Of a DNA stretch of 64,000 bases, positions 18,932 through 29,022 are shown piece by piece. Origin of the DNA: a virus (lineage: Duplodnaviria > Caudoviricetes); IMG/VR virus record IMGVR_UViG_3300033121_001585, positions 6,081 through 70,080 of that record; one strand, 5' to 3'. Positions within the stretch are counted from its first letter, which is position 1. Each line of letters starts with the position of its first letter. Position numbers and translations under genes: made by a program. A model generated the notes under the pieces. That model was not told where the DNA came from. It did no database searches and saw nothing but the letters and a program-made list of their open reading frames with translations.

Positions 18932-20951
18932 CTAATTCACCATCTAGTAATAACTTTTGTACACCCATTAATTTATCCAACACAGCAATTCCTAAGATAT
19001 CAAACTTTGGCAAACCTATAGCTTCTAAGTCACCCATTTCCCAACCAGCAATAACGCTATCACCGTGCTTATCGTATACCATTGGACAAATTTTAGATAA
19101 TACATCAGAAGCTATTATAATTCCAGAAGGATGTTTACCTTGACTTTTCTTGGTTCCTTCAAGTCTTATCGCTTGTTCAAACAGTTTTGAATAAGGACCA
19201 TCTAGAGTGCCGTCATCTTTATTAATAAAGCACCATTGCTTTAATTTAGCTGGCGTGTTTTCTAGTGCCCATCTTATAATTGAAGATTCTCCAAATTCCT
19301 CTCTCATTTCTTGTAAATCATCAGCAATTTTGCTTTCGTCAACTATATTCTTACTAATCAAATTCATTTCTTCGAATGAGCATGCGTCGTGAATTCTGAA
19401 TACTTCCTTTAACGCTCCTCTACCTTGTATTCTATTATATGTTAACATTTCAGCAAATTTATCAGCCCCATATTTGTTCTTAACATATAGTTTAACGTCG
19501 TCTCTTCTAGTTATAGGAAAATCGCAATCAATATCAGGTAAAGATATTCTTCCTGGAGAATTTCTGCCCGCATTATAAAATCTTTCAAAGTACAAGTCAT
19601 TCTCTATCGGGTCAACATTTTCGCTCGTTATACCTATTAACATTGAAACTAGAGAACCAGCACCAGAACCTCTTCCACAACCTAATAATAATCCTAAATC
19701 CTCCCTAGCATGTCTGCAATAATCTTGCACGATTAAAAAATAAGAAGCTAAACCTGCTTCTTTAAAAACGCCTAATTCTTTCTTAATTCTTTCAGAATAT
19801 TCAGTTAATCTCTCTTTTGGAACATTAGGTAATATTTTTTCTTTCCATCCTTTAATACATAACTCTCTTAAATACTCGTCTGGATTAGCATTATTAGGAC
19901 ATTGAAATTTTGGTAATATAGGAGGTCCAAAAACATCATACTTCTCTATCATTTCAGCAATTTTTTCTGTATTTATTATTTCAGATTCTTCATAAGTCGA
20001 TGTTACTTCTTCTATTGAAGGTATGCCATAATTGCTTGACTTAAAAAAGAAAGATAGGTCATAATTCTCTTTTTTGCTTAGTTCAGTATTTACGCTTTTT
20101 AAAGTAGTTTCCATCTTACTGCATAATAATAATCTTTGGTCCCTTGAATCAATTTTATCTGGATAATAACTTGATGCTACAGCAACACATTCACAATCTG
20201 TTTTCTTTGCTATATATCTTAGAGCTTTAGAAACAATAACGGATGCTGGAACCGTCAGACTATTAATCAATTCGACTTCTAAAAAGAAATTCTTTTTCCC
20301 AAAAATCTCTTGGTATTTTCCAATCAAAGAAATAAGTTTCGACTTCCAATTTTCATCGACAAAAGATTTTGCGATTTCGTAATTCTCAGAGGAATAAGCA
20401 AGGAAGGGATTAGTAAAGATTGCGTCGGCCAAATCCGAACCGATGTGTCCGTTCATGGCGATGAGGCTTTCTTGCTTAGTAAATTCTGAAAATTGTTCTA
20501 ACTGAAGCCTTGGTTTTTTAAAAAAGTTTTTTGGTTCGTTGGATAAAGAAACAACCTGAATAAGCTTTTTCCAACCGTCATGATTTTTAGCTAATACATA
20601 TAAACCTTTTTCACCACAATTTGTTTCATCCTTAATCTCTGGAGATTTATCGCATAGATAGAATTGACAACCAATAATAGGTTTTATTGGTGAAGCTCTA
20701 AATTCTTTGCAGCCGTTTTTATGTCTGCATTCTCCTTTGCCACCATTCTTATGCTCTCCTTTTTGCTCTCCGCATACGCACACATCTTTCATAGCTTTCA
20801 TGAAAGAAATTGAGCCTGATATACCATCGTCAGTTAAAGCACAAGTATTGTAATTTAACTGTTTACATCTCTTAGCTATTTGTACAGGTTTACTTAAACC
20901 TTTTAATAAGGAATAATGACTATGTACTTTTAATGGTGTAAAATTTAACAT
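18924..20951 (-). CDS. dnaE: DNA polymerase III alpha, N-terminal half (PHP and palm)
   Basis: LKVHSHYSLLKG, ALTDDG, GRGSGAGSLV, FERF, PDIDCDF, KHPSGII, KFDILG near the C-terminus. Confidence 0.95.
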   Translation of the reverse strand: MLNFTPLKVHSHYSLLKGLSKPVQIAKRCKQLNYNTCALTDDGISGSISFMKAMKDVCVCGEQKGEHKNGGKGECRHKNGCKEFRASPIKPIIGCQFYLCDKSPEIKDETNCGEKGLYVLAKNHDGWKKLIQVVSLSNEPKNFFKKPRLQLEQFSEFTKQESLIAMNGHIGSDLADAIFTNPFLAYSSENYEIAKSFVDENWKSKLISLIGKYQEIFGKKNFFLEVELINSLTVPASVIVSKALRYIAKKTDCECVAVASSYYPDKIDSRDQRLLLCSKMETTLKSVNTELSKKENYDLSFFFKSSNYGIPSIEEVTSTYEESEIINTEKIAEMIEKYDVFGPPILPKFQCPNNANPDEYLRELCIKGWKEKILPNVPKERLTEYSERIKKELGVFKEAGLASYFLIVQDYCRHAREDLGLLLGCGRGSGAGSLVSMLIGITSENVDPIENDLYFERFYNAGRNSPGRISLPDIDCDFPITRRDDVKLYVKNKYGADKFAEMLTYNRIQGRGALKEVFRIHDACSFEEMNLISKNIVDESKIADDLQEMREEFGESSIIRWALENTPAKLKQWCFINKDDGTLDGPYSKLFEQAIRLEGTKKSQGKHPSGIIIASDVLSKICPMVYDKHGDSVIAGWEMGDLEAIGLPKFDILGIAVLDKLMGVQKLLLDGELDD

Positions 20952-20952
20952 A

Positions 20953-21201
20953 TTACCAGCTTACAGAATAAGTAATACCGCTATAGTAATCTAGACCTTT
21001 ATTCTTTTTAACAACATAACCTTGTTCCGCTAATATTTCGTCAGCAAATTTATGAAATTCTCTTTCTTTAAAAGTTGCTTCTCTGTAACCTCTATTAGCC
21101 TGTGCCCTAATAGCTTTATAGATATCTTCCATTTTCCTTTTAGCTTCAACTTTCAAAGCTATATTTCTAGCTGTAGCAGCTTTCATGAATTCTCCCAACA
21201 T
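20953..21201 (-). CDS. Small hypothetical protein (likely paralog of 21183..21407)
   Basis: Same pattern of A-x-x-A helix, GY and a terminal W. Confidence 0.6.
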   Translation of the reverse strand: MLGEFMKAATARNIALKVEAKRKMEDIYKAIRAQANRGYREATFKEREFHKFADEILAEQGYVVKKNKGLDYYSGITYSVSW

Positions 21202-21407
21202 ATAATAGTTTCATTTTTCTTATTAGTAGAAAATGTTATATCGTATCCTTGTCTTTCTAAATAAGACTTCAGACCTGTTGATATTATATAGCTTACTTCT
21301 GTCTTGTAAAGACCTTTTTCTATTGCTTCATGAATTTTTTTCATAATATCAGAACATTCTATGTTAATTCTGTCTGCTGCGTTTTTAGCTTCTTTTGCTG
21401 TCAACAT
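21183..21407 (-). CDS. Small hypothetical protein (likely paralog of 20953..21201)
   Basis: MLTAKEAK...LERQGY...IICW. Confidence 0.6.
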   Translation of the reverse strand: MLTAKEAKNAADRINIECSDIMKKIHEAIEKGLYKTEVSYIISTGLKSYLERQGYDITFSTNKKNETIICWENS

Positions 21408-21838
21408 TGTTTTGCCTCATTTCTTATTTTCATCAGAAGTTTTCCAAGATGATTTTCTCCTTTACCTAATGGGCATTGTCCCCAAAAAGTATCTTTCCAA
21501 GTATTACCTTCTATTAGTTCCTGCGTGCCAGTATCTAATAATTGTTGCAATAATTTTGTGCCAAGAGAAAATTTTTGTCTTAGCATGTCTTCCATGAATT
21601 CTAATTTTCTAAATTCCCAATCAGAGCGAATCGGGAAAGTTCGAGCGAGACGCTTTGCCCATTGCGGAGTAATGCTTACAAATCTATCTCTAATTTCATT
21701 AGACATAAATTTCGATGCTTGGTAAGCGTTTTCTACAGTATTAAATGCGTGCCCTATATCTTTTGGTATAAATATAGGTTTTTCGCACGGCCAAAAATTA
21801 GACAGAAATCTATATTCGCCTTGGAAACTAGTTATCAT
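21401..21838 (-). CDS. NADAR (YbiA-like) ADP-ribosyl glycohydrolase
   Basis: FLSNFWP, TVENAYQASKF, KFS, LLDTG, EGNTWKDTFWG, GENHLGKLLMKIR. Confidence 0.92.
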   Translation of the reverse strand: MITSFQGEYRFLSNFWPCEKPIFIPKDIGHAFNTVENAYQASKFMSNEIRDRFVSITPQWAKRLARTFPIRSDWEFRKLEFMEDMLRQKFSLGTKLLQQLLDTGTQELIEGNTWKDTFWGQCPLGKGENHLGKLLMKIRNEAKQC

Positions 21839-22467
21839 AGTAAGTTCTCAACAATTAATTTTGACCAATTTTCAAACAATTCAACATTAGCTTTAACTTT
21901 ATCTGTACTCCAGAATTCGCCTTTATCTAATGACGGGTCATTAAACTTAAATGTCACATTTGGATATATATCTATTTTATGTACTACTCCAAAATGTACT
22001 TTACCAACTTCATTAGAGTCATCGTATATAAGACCTATTTTTTGTTGTGTAAAACCTTCAGATAAATCAATTTCTTCTTTTAGCTCTCTCATAAAAGCAG
22101 CTTCGTAACAATTCTTGGGTTCTCCATCGCATGGATTAATATGACCACCGACTCCTAAAGAATATAGATTATGTAATCTTGTTTCGCCGGATTTATTTGT
22201 TCTTTGATACACAAAGTAATATACATCATAAGCTTTATCTTTATCAGAGGGGTTTGACTCCCACTTAAGACTATTCCAGGCTATAATTGAATATGGAATT
22301 AGTTGTTTTAGCTTAGGATTAGTTTCAGCAGGTTTTCTTTCAGTATAGTGCAGCGAATCTATCAATTTTGGATTATCTAGATATTTAGATACATCTTTAC
22401 TAATACCATTGAAATAACCAATATCTAAAAAAACTTCTTCTGGAAATACTAGTATTTGCTCGCTCAT
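21835..22467 (-). CDS. NUDIX-family phosphoesterase
   Basis: KQLIPY, YSLGVGGHIN, RELKEEI, VGKVHFGVV, FENWS. Confidence 0.8.
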   Translation of the reverse strand: MSEQILVFPEEVFLDIGYFNGISKDVSKYLDNPKLIDSLHYTERKPAETNPKLKQLIPYSIIAWNSLKWESNPSDKDKAYDVYYFVYQRTNKSGETRLHNLYSLGVGGHINPCDGEPKNCYEAAFMRELKEEIDLSEGFTQQKIGLIYDDSNEVGKVHFGVVHKIDIYPNVTFKFNDPSLDKGEFWSTDKVKANVELFENWSKLIVENLL

Positions 22468-23477
22468 CTGCTTTTTCCTCCACCGTCACCATAAGAATTG
22501 TAAGTTGTATCTTGACTATATTTTTTCAAAACTTTATCCATACCTAACTCTACTATATCATTGTGTATCGTTTTACACATTGACTCATTATAATCAGAAG
22601 TCTTCTTTTTGTCAATAGTGTTTTTGCCAAAATAGCATAATTTTTCACATTTCCAACTAGGATGAATTGTTCTAGGCTTTTTGCAATTTTTAATAGCGTT
22701 GAATCTATTTTCAAGTAGCTTTTCAGCTAACTTAATATGATTTTTATTAAAAACCATACTAAATGGCCCACCGTCTCTTATATAAAAAATCGTTACTATT
22801 TTTTGAGTAATATCTGGAAACAAAGTTGACATAGCATAAAAGTATATAAGTAATTGCGGGTCTTTGTGAAGACTCTCGTATGTTTTTTCTTTACCTGTAT
22901 TAATATCTTTTCTTTGTCCAGTTTTATAATCTATTAATTCGTAAACATTTTTCCCAGATTCAATAATCAAATCTAGAGTTCCTTTAATAGCTAAATTTCC
23001 TTCTATTACTCTTCCGTCATCAGTTTTAAACTTATACTTAGCCCAAGGTTTATCTATAACAATATCAAAGTATTTTTCCGGCTCTATTATCTTTTGATTC
23101 ATTGGATTGAACATGCCTTTATTATAAGTTAAAGCCATATTCAAATAACTTTTACATGTTTGAAAATCTATATGTTTCCAATCGTACATATGCTGAGTTT
23201 TTGTAGCATAATGATTGTATGCTAACTGCAAAAATAAATCAGCGTTGATTTCTTTATGTTCGAAGAAACCGAACTCATCATCATGAATAAAATCTTTGCC
23301 GTTTTGTTTTGCGAATTTTACTTTAGCTAACATTTCCAAAGCTTTATGTACAATAGTTCCAATCTCAGCTTTTTTATTTGCTGGACTTCTAAACCCTAAT
23401 ACATAATCCAAAAAAAATTTGAATTGACAAAAATCCCAACATGTATAGCTACTAGAACGTATATAAGTGGATATCAT
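22464..23477 (-). CDS. PD-(D/E)XK exonuclease (RecB/Cas4-like)
   Basis: FCQFKF, GTIVHKALE, KGTLDLI, IDYKTG, QLLIY, C-terminal Cys cluster. Confidence 0.85.
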   Translation of the reverse strand: MISTYIRSSSYTCWDFCQFKFFLDYVLGFRSPANKKAEIGTIVHKALEMLAKVKFAKQNGKDFIHDDEFGFFEHKEINADLFLQLAYNHYATKTQHMYDWKHIDFQTCKSYLNMALTYNKGMFNPMNQKIIEPEKYFDIVIDKPWAKYKFKTDDGRVIEGNLAIKGTLDLIIESGKNVYELIDYKTGQRKDINTGKEKTYESLHKDPQLLIYFYAMSTLFPDITQKIVTIFYIRDGGPFSMVFNKNHIKLAEKLLENRFNAIKNCKKPRTIHPSWKCEKLCYFGKNTIDKKKTSDYNESMCKTIHNDIVELGMDKVLKKYSQDTTYNSYGDGGGKSR

Positions 23478-24151
23478 TAAAAACCTATTTCTTTAACAAA
23501 CTTAACAACTTCATTATACGATTCATCAATTCCTAATTGAGAATTATCTAGAATTTTATCAAATCCTTGATAGTTATCTAAAGCTGTTTCTGAAGTGTGG
23601 ATATCTTTATCTGTAATTTTTCTTGTAAGCCTCAATAAAATCCCGCCTTCTGATTTTATAGCGTCAGCTTCATTTGGGAATCTCATATCTGCTATTAGAG
23701 CATACTTCAAATTTTCTTTTTTTATTACTCTCAAACATGAATTAACCCAAATATTTTCATACATCTTTCTAAAGATATCAGTACCTACTTGTTGTAGTAG
23801 TTCTCTAACAGTCATAAACGTGTTAAATTCTTTATTTAAATTTTCATCGAGATATTCTATGCTATTATGAGCCATAACAAAATCTATAGCATATTTATTT
23901 TTTAAAGATTCTGCGTGAGGCAAATTATTCCATTTTATTTTTGTTAACCTGTTCTTATCCGCATCTGTGCCCCATAACCATTCTTCAGGAACATCAAAAT
24001 AGTCTCGACAAAATTTCTTAAGTTCGTCAGCAAAATAGTATTTCTTAATACTATTAGTATTAAATAACTCTGGAGCGTTTCTAACTAAAAAGTTACAATT
24101 AGTATCTTTACCACTTTGCTTTCTACCTGAAATAGCTAATATCTTCGTCAT
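23477..24151 (-). CDS. Deoxynucleoside monophosphate kinase
   Basis: ISGRKQSGKDT, FADELK, RELLQQVGTD, DMRFPNEA, HTSE. Confidence 0.9.
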   Translation of the reverse strand: MTKILAISGRKQSGKDTNCNFLVRNAPELFNTNSIKKYYFADELKKFCRDYFDVPEEWLWGTDADKNRLTKIKWNNLPHAESLKNKYAIDFVMAHNSIEYLDENLNKEFNTFMTVRELLQQVGTDIFRKMYENIWVNSCLRVIKKENLKYALIADMRFPNEADAIKSEGGILLRLTRKITDKDIHTSETALDNYQGFDKILDNSQLGIDESYNEVVKFVKEIGF

Positions 24152-25314
24152 TTCTCTACCTCTTTAATTATAGGTAATAATTCTTTGTTTAAAATTGTCT
24201 CGTTAAGTTCACCAGGGTCTTTAACAGATAGACTAGGTATATAAACCTTATAGGATTTATCTAATTGATTTTTTATCTTTTCTGCTGCTAATCTTCCAGG
24301 ATTATCCATATCTGTCAAAATTATTACCGATAAAGCACCCGAAGTTTCCAATACTATTTGTTGATAATCAGTTAAGTCTACTCCAAACATAGCAACAGCA
24401 TTCTTAATGCCAAGTTCCTCTAATTTCCAAATATCAGGCGGGCCTTCTACTAAAATAACAGTTTTAGTTTTCCTTATATATTTTTTTGAATTCCAGTAGT
24501 TGTAAAGGTACGAATTGAGATTTGAATTAGAATTATTTCGCCATTTTGAATATTTTATATATCTTAAAGGGTCATTAGTCGGACATTGAAGGTCAGGATT
24601 ATGATACAAAAAACATTTTTTGCATTCGCTATAAATACTTCTTCCAGTGCAAGCAACAAACCCTTTCTTATCCTCATCATAAACAGGGACAACAATCCTT
24701 CCACACATTTCTTTGCCTTGAGAAGAACAAAGCCCAACGTCGTAGTCGTTTAAAATTTTAGCAGAAAAGCCACGGCGTAGAAAATACTCTGCTGGGATTT
24801 GAAGGTGGGAGCGGATTTGTTCTCTGGAAATTAAAGCTTTCTTGTTCGCTGCACTTTCTTGCTTACTAAAGAATTCGGACTGTGCAATAAATTTTTTCTG
24901 TTCTATCTCAGCAATGTTAGGTTGTAATGTTTTAAAGTCTACTTTAAGGAATTTGCATATCCATTTTATAGTTTCATTAAATGAAACCATTTTAGTTACA
25001 TCTTCAGCTTTTTCCCAACCTTTTAAATTTCTAGATAATACTCCTCTAACGAAACCTATTATTGTTTTCTTAAACACATCTTCACAATGATGCGTTCTGC
25101 ATTTCCAATATCCTCTAACTGAATAACCATCTATGTATATATTTAAAGCACTATTATTATCTCCGCAATGAATTGGGCATGTCCCAATGTAAAACTTTTG
25201 AGTTTTCATTAGCGAAATACCCAACTCTTCAAACAATTCGTCGTACTTGTAGGTAAGATATTCTGCTAGTAATTGTACTTTAGCAGAATCAGAATTGCAC
25301 ATCGTTGTCGTCAT
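24148..25314 (-). CDS. dnaG: DnaG-type DNA primase
   Basis: CPIH...C...C zinc domain; TOPRIM LVEGPPD and DMDNPG. Confidence 0.9.
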   Translation of the reverse strand: MTTTMCNSDSAKVQLLAEYLTYKYDELFEELGISLMKTQKFYIGTCPIHCGDNNSALNIYIDGYSVRGYWKCRTHHCEDVFKKTIIGFVRGVLSRNLKGWEKAEDVTKMVSFNETIKWICKFLKVDFKTLQPNIAEIEQKKFIAQSEFFSKQESAANKKALISREQIRSHLQIPAEYFLRRGFSAKILNDYDVGLCSSQGKEMCGRIVVPVYDEDKKGFVACTGRSIYSECKKCFLYHNPDLQCPTNDPLRYIKYSKWRNNSNSNLNSYLYNYWNSKKYIRKTKTVILVEGPPDIWKLEELGIKNAVAMFGVDLTDYQQIVLETSGALSVIILTDMDNPGRLAAEKIKNQLDKSYKVYIPSLSVKDPGELNETILNKELLPIIKEVEK

Positions 25315-26827
25315 CTTTTTTATGCTTCTTCTTATTATCTTTTGTTGGTGGTGGAGCGTCCTTATAAACGTCGTTTCTTGTTCTTCCTTCTGTTATTTTA
25401 GCTACGTCACCTATTAACTTCATGTTGATATAATCTCCATCATCTAATGCTGGTCCATGTCTACATACGATAGGAATAAGTTTTCTATTGTAATTCTCAT
25501 TATGTAAGTTTAACTCTTCTGCTTTTTCTTCAACCGTTTTAGGTTTGAAAATCGAAAAATTACTACATAACCAAATGATTCTATCGCTACCGCTAGCGAC
25601 ATCAGTATCTTCTTTTGTGATACCGTCTCTGTTTAATTGCATAAAAGCTAAACAGGCCACGCCGTATCTAACCATGAAATTATGCAAGGCTGTCATTTGG
25701 AAACCTAGCATTTGATACTCTTGAAGATTTTTACTTAGACCTTCAGAAGACATCAATTTTAGGTAATCGTAAATAATTAGACACGGTTTAGCTTCACCAG
25801 ATGGTTCAAATCCTACGTTCTTAACTATCCAACGTCTCATCATAGAAACTGTTTCTTCAAACGGTTGTCCAGCTATACTGATATAATCGTAAGGAATTTT
25901 TTCTAGTATTTTTACAGCTTCTATTACTTTATGTTTAGAAGCTTCATTTTTACTAAAAAGGCCAGTTTCTATATCTCTTATTTTTACTCCAGATAAACAA
26001 GCAACCATTCTATTCCAATGGTCTTCTTTAGACATTTCAGTATCTAAATTTAATACAGGAACAGAAAGTTTTCCAGCTACATGCAAACAAATATTATCAG
26101 CTAGTGTGGTTTTACCTACTTTAGGTCTAGCTCCAATAACATTTACCGTTCTTTTTCTAAAACCTCCTCCAATTGCCGCATCATATATAGCATTACCACT
26201 TGAAATACCAATGATTTGCTTAGGATTATTAGCTAGATAATTGATATACTCTTTGATGCCGTCTCCAATTTTTTCAGGACCGTTACTTTTAGTATCTGAA
26301 AGAGACGAAGTAAAATCAAGAATTGAGTTTTCTGCAATACCAAGAATATGGTCAACCGACTCTTCTCCTGTTACTAAACCTAAATTTCTATCCGCATTTT
26401 TAATCTCATCTCTTAATTGTCTAGTTATTTCCAATTTTCTAATCTTTGCTGCTATACTTCTTACGTTTTCTTTATTTATAGGATAGTTAGAGATAGCTCT
26501 GATAAGCTTTCTATCTTCTTCTTTTTCGAACAGCTTATTAAGTCCTAAAGTTGATGCAGCTGAGAATATAGAAGCTAAATCTACAGTTTGTTGCTTCTTT
26601 TCATCAAATAAGAATTGAAAACACTTATACAAAGCTTGATTTACATCGTTTGTATAAGTATTCATTGTTGTTAAATCTGAAACGTCTATATATACGTCTG
26701 AGCCATGTTTAAAGATACCAGCTAAAACCGCCCGTTCGCTAGCTAAATCAGCATTAACATTATTCATCATTATCTGCTTTCCCTTGTAAGATACATTTAT
26801 CACATACATAGCTAGTTGAATCACCAT
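25289..26827 (-). CDS. dnaB: DnaB-like replicative helicase (true start probably near MNNVNAD)
   Basis: ERAVLAGI, GARPKVGKT, DTEMS, IYDYLKL, MQLNR, RHGP. Confidence 0.93.
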   Translation of the reverse strand: MVIQLAMYVINVSYKGKQIMMNNVNADLASERAVLAGIFKHGSDVYIDVSDLTTMNTYTNDVNQALYKCFQFLFDEKKQQTVDLASIFSAASTLGLNKLFEKEEDRKLIRAISNYPINKENVRSIAAKIRKLEITRQLRDEIKNADRNLGLVTGEESVDHILGIAENSILDFTSSLSDTKSNGPEKIGDGIKEYINYLANNPKQIIGISSGNAIYDAAIGGGFRKRTVNVIGARPKVGKTTLADNICLHVAGKLSVPVLNLDTEMSKEDHWNRMVACLSGVKIRDIETGLFSKNEASKHKVIEAVKILEKIPYDYISIAGQPFEETVSMMRRWIVKNVGFEPSGEAKPCLIIYDYLKLMSSEGLSKNLQEYQMLGFQMTALHNFMVRYGVACLAFMQLNRDGITKEDTDVASGSDRIIWLCSNFSIFKPKTVEEKAEELNLHNENYNRKLIPIVCRHGPALDDGDYINMKLIGDVAKITEGRTRNDVYKDAPPPTKDNKKKHKKDDDNDVQF

Positions 26828-27353
26828 CTAATAGTCTGCTCGGTGCTAATTCTGGTTGTATTAGAAAACGCTTATCGCATTTTCTACATTTTACTTTTAC
26901 TTTTACAGCGGCAGGTCTATGCTGGATATTTTTTCTAGCTTCTATCGACTCTGGACTTCTAACTTTAGAATCAAAATCTTTATCTGAAATTGATTCAACT
27001 TTATTATCAACGTATTTATTTACTCTTTTTTTAATCTCAAAAGGAACGGTTCTACATCTTTTGTCTCCTTTATGATTATCTTCTTTAAATTCTACATCCT
27101 CGTCTGAATCAAACATCTTTCCAGCTTTAGCTTTTTTAGCTTTCTTTCTAAATATAGCTCCATCATCTTCTTCTTCTAATAAATTATCATTATCATCTTC
27201 GTCAGATATCTCTTGTTCTCCAGATAGGATTGTATCAGAAACGGTTGGAGTGTCAATAGCGGTTCCAATATCTCCAGAACCAGAACTATGTTCTATAGTT
27301 TTTGGTAAAATAAAATGTTTTGCAGCTTGAGCTAATATTTCTAATAATGTCAT
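26760..27353 (-). CDS. Hypothetical protein with an acidic tract and a C-terminal zinc ribbon
   Basis: CRKC...CDKC. Confidence 0.65.
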   Translation of the reverse strand: MTLLEILAQAAKHFILPKTIEHSSGSGDIGTAIDTPTVSDTILSGEQEISDEDDNDNLLEEEDDGAIFRKKAKKAKAGKMFDSDEDVEFKEDNHKGDKRCRTVPFEIKKRVNKYVDNKVESISDKDFDSKVRSPESIEARKNIQHRPAAVKVKVKCRKCDKRFLIQPELAPSRLLDGDSTSYVCDKCILQGKADNDE

Positions 27354-27901
27354 AGTAATCCACTTTCTTCTAATAATTTAATTCTTTCTCTACCGAATTC
27401 TGTAAATCGAATATATGGTAAAGTTGTTTTTTTTCTTTTTCCGTTTTCTTTAATATAACCTTTTTTATAATCAAGACTAATATATTTTAAGTCTAATAAA
27501 GAGAAATATACATTTTCATCAATAGTATATTTAATATGTTCTTCTATATACTGTTTGCTTCTAGCTATTTTTTGTTTCTTTAAGAACTTAAAGAGTTCTT
27601 TACATCCAGGATAATTAAAAGTTTTTCTTTCTCTTATTCTGTTATCGCTTAGTGTCAAATCAGAACCTTGAATTCTTCCAGAAAAATCTGGAATAGCGTG
27701 ACTACCGGCATATCCAAATATAATTGTATTGTTTTCATCAAAATCTTTAATAAAATCTTTTGGCTTACAATTTAATAGATAACTATTTTCTGGCAGTTTT
27801 AAATTTTCATCATGATTAGTTTGATAAGCTTTTATCTGATTAAGTATATATTGTTTAGGTGCTAATGTATAAACGCCGTCCTTATAAAGGATACCAAACA
27901 A
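27350..27901 (-). CDS. Hypothetical protein
   Basis: 183 aa coupled ORF. Confidence 0.65.
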   Translation of the reverse strand: MFGILYKDGVYTLAPKQYILNQIKAYQTNHDENLKLPENSYLLNCKPKDFIKDFDENNTIIFGYAGSHAIPDFSGRIQGSDLTLSDNRIRERKTFNYPGCKELFKFLKKQKIARSKQYIEEHIKYTIDENVYFSLLDLKYISLDYKKGYIKENGKRKKTTLPYIRFTEFGRERIKLLEESGLL

Positions 27902-27903
27902 AT

Positions 27904-28092
27904 TTATATAACCATTGTTAATAAACGGAGATTGTTTAACAACATTATCATCCCAATTTGGTATAATTCCTCATGACATTTATTATTATAAAACTTTTTA
28001 ACCAAATCTTGTAATTCGTTTAGAAATGTCTTATATTCGGTTTTAAATTCTAATTGTTCTGGCAGCGTAGCATACTCTTCGTTAAAATCCAT
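27904..28092 (-). CDS. Hypothetical protein
   Basis: 62 aa coupled ORF. Confidence 0.5.
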   Translation of the reverse strand: MDFNEEYATLPEQLEFKTEYKTFLNELQDLVKKFYNNKCHEELYQIGMIMLLNNLRLLTMVI

Positions 28093-28561
28093 GATTTTTA
28101 CCTTTCTTGCTATATTGTAACTCAGAAAAACGAGAAGATAGCGTTTCTACTTTAGATGATAAGTAATTAATTCTATCAGCTCTAGTTTGAGCAGAAATTT
28201 TAATTTTCTCAAGATTTAAGCAAAAATCATTATTATTAATAGCCATCATTCTTCGTTCGTCAGCTGAAGGTGCGTTATACTGTTTTGCTTCCTTAGCTAA
28301 GGTTCTTCTAATTAAAGAGTCCGCCCAATTAGCTTTAGAAACTTCTTCGTTATAAGCTTTTTGCAAATAGAAACTGTACTGAGCTAATACTACAGCTGCT
28401 TCTCCGCATTCTTCTGGAGTCATTTTTTGTAATAATTCTATTGGTAAAGTCAAATACTTTTCCGCTTGAATATTCGGGTTTTTATTTTTTATTCCTAAAC
28501 CGTTTTCATATTCATTTAGTAAAGTCTCTAACTTTTTCAGCATTTCAGCAGAGTTTTCCAT
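28082..28561 (-). CDS. Helical protein, possibly a UvsY-like recombination mediator
   Basis: All-helical pattern, near recA; weak resemblance only. Confidence 0.35.
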   Translation of the reverse strand: MENSAEMLKKLETLLNEYENGLGIKNKNPNIQAEKYLTLPIELLQKMTPEECGEAAVVLAQYSFYLQKAYNEEVSKANWADSLIRRTLAKEAKQYNAPSADERRMMAINNNDFCLNLEKIKISAQTRADRINYLSSKVETLSSRFSELQYSKKGKNHGF

Positions 28562-28947
28562 TCTTCCAAATCCTTATCGTAAGGTAATACTATTAAAGAA
28601 ATACCGTTTATCTCACACCATTCTTTTTTATCTCTGTCTCTTTTTTGAGACTTATAAAAATTCAAATCCATTTTGTTTCCATGAAAATGAGAATTATATG
28701 AATAATGTTGTTCTCCATGAACTTCTATCATAATCTTTTCATGAGGTAAGAAAAAATCGGCATACAATTGAGATTCGCATCCAGGTATTGGAACTTCCTC
28801 TAATAGAGGAGAAGTCTTGAAAATTGATTTAATTAATTCTCTAGCTTGTAGATGTAATTCAGAACGAGGTCTTGTATCACTACCTTTAGATTGATAGCCT
28901 ACTAAATATATAGTATGTTCTTTACCGTCTAATCCTTTTACTTTCAT
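28537..28947 (-). CDS. DUF559/Vsr-like PD-(D/E)XK endonuclease
   Basis: YADFFLP, IEVHGEQHY, RDRDKKEWCEINGISLIVLPY. Confidence 0.8.
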   Translation of the reverse strand: MKVKGLDGKEHTIYLVGYQSKGSDTRPRSELHLQARELIKSIFKTSPLLEEVPIPGCESQLYADFFLPHEKIMIEVHGEQHYSYNSHFHGNKMDLNFYKSQKRDRDKKEWCEINGISLIVLPYDKDLEEWKTLLKC

Positions 28948-29022
28948 ATTACATCATCCACGAAATAAGTATAAATTATTAAGTTAATAATAACTACAGT
29001 AGTTACATACCACCAAAATACA

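Noticed and set aside
22464-23477. Cas4 as evidence of a CRISPR-Cas locus
   Set aside because: A standalone phage PD-(D/E)XK exonuclease among replication genes, with no cas genes or array
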